The notes under the pieces are model-generated. The model saw only the letters and a program-made list of their open reading frames with translations. It had not been told where the DNA came from and searched no databases. Shown piece by piece: positions 61,086 through 64,000 of a DNA stretch of 64,000 nt. Every line of letters starts with the position of its first letter. Position 1 is the stretch's first letter. Source of the DNA: Vicugna vicugna (taxonomy: Eukaryota); contig MU058365.1 of NCBI GenBank assembly GCA_013265495.1, forward strand, positions 310,001 to 374,000, written 5' to 3'. The position numbers and the translations under genes are program-made.

Positions 61086-62441
61086 AGGGAGATTTGCTTT
61101 CTCATTCCCTGGGACCCTCTCGATCTTACCAGGAACCAGGCCGGAGACTCCACCTCATTCGCCAGCATCCTGGCCACGCCCACTACCACCTCCCTGCTGC
61201 CTACTTGCTGGGCCCTTCCCGGAGCGCAGCGGCTCGGCCCACACGACCTGGTCCCTTCCTGCCATCCCAGGAGCCAGGCACGGGCCCTCGGCACCACCGC
61301 CTCCCCAGAGCTGCACATCCCCGGGCTCCAGGCGAGCCACAGCGCCTGGCAGTGGCCCAGCACCCGTACGCGCAGGGCTGGGGGCTGAGCCGCCCCCGAT
61401 GCACTTCGCTGCACCCCACTGCTTGCCCCGCACCTCCACGCCGGGCCAGGCCTCACGACAGCAGCGGGTCTGGAGAAAGCTACTGCACAGAGCGCAGCGG
61501 CTACCTGGCAGATGGGCCGGCCAGTGACTCCAGTTCGGGGCCCTGTCATGGTTCTTCGAGTGACTCGGTGGTCAACTGCACGGACATCAGCCTGCAGGGC
61601 ATCCATGGCAGCAGTTCCACCTTCCGCAGCTCCCTGAGCAGTGACTTTGACCCCCTCGTTTACTGCAGCCCTGAGGGGGGCGCCCAGGGGGAGGAGACCC
61701 AGCCTAGTGTGACCTCTCGGCCCCGTTCTTTGGACTCTGTGGTGCCCACCGAGGAAACCCAGGTGTCCAGCCATGTCCACTACCACCGCCACCGGCACCA
61801 CCACTACAAAAAGCGCTTCCGGTGGCATGGCAGAAAGCCTGGCCCAGAAACTGGAGTACCCCAGTCCAGGCCGGCCATTTTTCGGACACAGCTCCAGCCA
61901 GAGCCACTTTCACCTGATCAGCAAGCTGCCAGATCCAACCCAGCAGCCCCTTCCGGGCAGCTCCCCAACCCACAGCGGCCCAGGGCCCTCACCGAGCCAG
62001 CTCCCGGACCAGCTGACGCCTCCACCCCCAGCCCCAGTTCCAGCAGCCTCTTCCTCTTGCAGAAATCCAGCCTCCCTGTCCGACACCCACAGAGGAAACG
62101 GCGGGGGGGTCCCTCAGAGCCCACCCTGGCCTCTAGACCCCAGAACGTGACTGCACACCCAGCTTGCCAGACTCCTCCTCATTATGGCTCCAGCCTGGCA
62201 TACCCTTGGTCCCCAGAGGCCCACCCATTGATCTTCGGACCTCCGGGCCTGGACAAGAGGCTGCTACCAGAACCTCCAGGCCCCAATTACCCAAGTTCAC
62301 AGCCAGTGTGGTTGTGCCTGACTCCACGCCGGCCCCTGGGACCTCACGCATCTGGGGAGGGGCCTTCCGAATGGAGTTCTGACACCCCAGAGGGCAGGCC
62401 GTGCCCTTACCCACACTGCCAGGTGCTGCCAGCCCAGCCTG
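61086..62441 (+). CDS. RNF43: RNF43 exon 9 (codons 318-770, disordered cytoplasmic tail with Ser-rich and His-rich regions)
   Basis: Acceptor 'ctctttcttccag|'; within ORF 61046-62485 ([29 protein letters not shown]...CQVLPAQP); donor CTG|GTGAGT; 1356 nt; S474-S476 codons at 61553-61561. Confidence 0.97.
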
Positions 62442-63379
62442 GTGAGTCTTCTGGGGAAGCGGGTCAGGTGGGCAGAGGAGACTAGAGAAGGGTGAAGTCA
62501 TCTAAGGGGTTGATGGGAGCTGAGAAGGGTACAACAGGGGTCCAAACACTGAACAACTGGCACAGCATAGGGTACTGGCTCTGCCAGGTATTACTCCTTT
62601 GGTTGCCATATCTGGTTGAGACACCAGAAAGCACCTGGGGGTGGTTTGGGGCAGCAGCTCAAATGCAGGTGTTTCAATATTTTAAAAATGCATACAGCTC
62701 AATATTAGCTATAAATACAAAGAAGGCCAAGAAGTGTTGCTTGAGGAGAGCATGGACACACAGTTACTGAAAACCACAATCCCAGGCCATATGTGATCTT
62801 ATAGGTGAAATAATTACAGACAACCGTAATTCTGGGCCATAAGAGAAGAGCTATGTGAATGATGCAAAAATGATTCATTGCTTCCTTCTATTTTTCTTTC
62901 TGCGTTGTATGCTTGCTATGGGCTAGGTTCCAGGCTAGGCTCTGAGGACATGGAGCTTGTCAACCTGGAGACCCAGGTCTGGTCTGTGGAGAGACAGGCA
63001 TGCATACTATTAGAGTACAGAAAATAGTTGCTTCCACAGAGCCACGTAATGCAGACTTTGGCCATGTGTCTGATGGTTCCATCTGGAGCCTGTCACAAGT
63101 GTACCTTCGGTGCTGCCAGTGCCAGGCCACCACCTCCCCTCTGTCCCAAACTCATAATTAGTCTCAGTGTTTCCCTTTTCCTGGCTCTTCAAACCCAGTC
63201 AATGGCAGGTTCTGTTAACTGTATCTCTGCTAGCTTTACCATATTCTCCCACAGGACTGATGGCCCCTGCCCATATCTTAGGCGCAGCCTAAAGATCGAG
63301 GCAGGAGCCTCCTAGCTCCTCCCTTCCCCTCACAGGGCCATTAAGGCTGGGCACTGCACATCCGTGTTGTGTCCTGTAG

Positions 63380-63925
63380 AGTCGTGCAGCATGGTGACCC
63401 TGCTCACCACCCTCCGTACTGCTGCTAAGGTCATCCTTCTCAAATAAACTGTCCAGAAATCTTCAAATGTTCTGTTTTGTTCAGAGCCTTGACCTTCAAG
63501 GCTCTAGCACCGGCTAGCCCCCATCTTCCTTCCCAACCTGATTTTCCTCTCTTCCCCTTCCCTTCCCCTGCCCCATGCTTTAGCCAAACTAGGTAAACAC
63601 TTCCTGCAGTTTCTGCAGCGCAGAATATTCGGCTGCCTTCCTATTCCCATAATTCTTCCCTGTCCTGCAGGACCAGCTCATTTACCTCCACTTCCAAGAA
63701 GCCCTTCCTGATTGCTCCAATTGGACATGATCTTTCCCCTTCCTCAATTTGTCTCTTGTGACCCCAGTCCTGCCGCATTGGCCTTATTGCCAGTTACATG
63801 CAAAGCTTCTCTCCTGCGAGGTTGTCAGGTCCCTGCTTAATATTTTTGGCCTTCTATTTGGCATGTGATACCAGGGCAGGTTCACAAGTGCTCAATAAAT
63901 ATTTATTGGGTGAATGAGTGAATAT
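63380..63925 (+). mobile_element. L2 3' end
   Basis: 'cagctcatttacctccacttccaagaagcccttcctgatt...caagtgctcaataaatatttattgggtgaatgagtgaat'. Confidence 0.7.
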
Positions 63926-63959
63926 TAAGTATTGGTAACACACTGGTTGCTATAAATGT

Positions 63960-64000
63960 ATCTCTTTCTCTAGATTTGTTTTTCTCTCCTCTGTGTCCCA
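63960..64000 (+). other. RNF43: Probable polypyrimidine tract/acceptor of RNF43 exon 10 (exon outside window)
   Basis: Window ends 'ttgtttttctctcctctgtgtccca', which needs only a G to form CAG. The expected final codons (SEEELEELCEQAV-like) are not seen in the window. Confidence 0.5.

Noticed and set aside
61040..61828. 262-aa minus-strand ORF
   Set aside because: Antisense shadow of GC-rich exon 9, where stop codons are scarce; no independent coding evidence.

Overview
Mammalian genomic DNA, probably camelid: it carries tRNA-Ala-derived Vic-1-like SINEs and artiodactyl-type L1 3' ends, with no recognisable Alu, B1/B2 or Bov-A/BovB. The + strand holds the last coding exon and 3'UTR of HSF5 (about 3341-5550). 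About 2.3 kb later comes nearly all of RNF43, the Wnt-receptor E3 ubiquitin ligase: a non-coding exon 1 and coding exons 2-9, all with GT-AG junctions. These give 2308 coding nt, the same exon sizes I recall for human. Exon 10 appears to start just past the window edge. Intron 2 is about 41 kb and holds L1, L2, MIR, MER5-type and SINE copies plus many TCF/LEF motifs. I see no evidence of a new multi-gene system, and almost all listed ORFs are noise. The points worth a second look are small-scale: two uORFs ending on the RNF43 start codon, possible HSF5-to-RNF43 read-through, a candidate intronic promoter, conserved frameshift-hotspot homopolymers, an in-frame intron-9 extension broken by one stop, an L1 with a candidate 3' transduction, and two inverted-SINE hairpins. 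Comparisons with human come from memory and were not searched; repeat boundaries and subfamily names are approximate.
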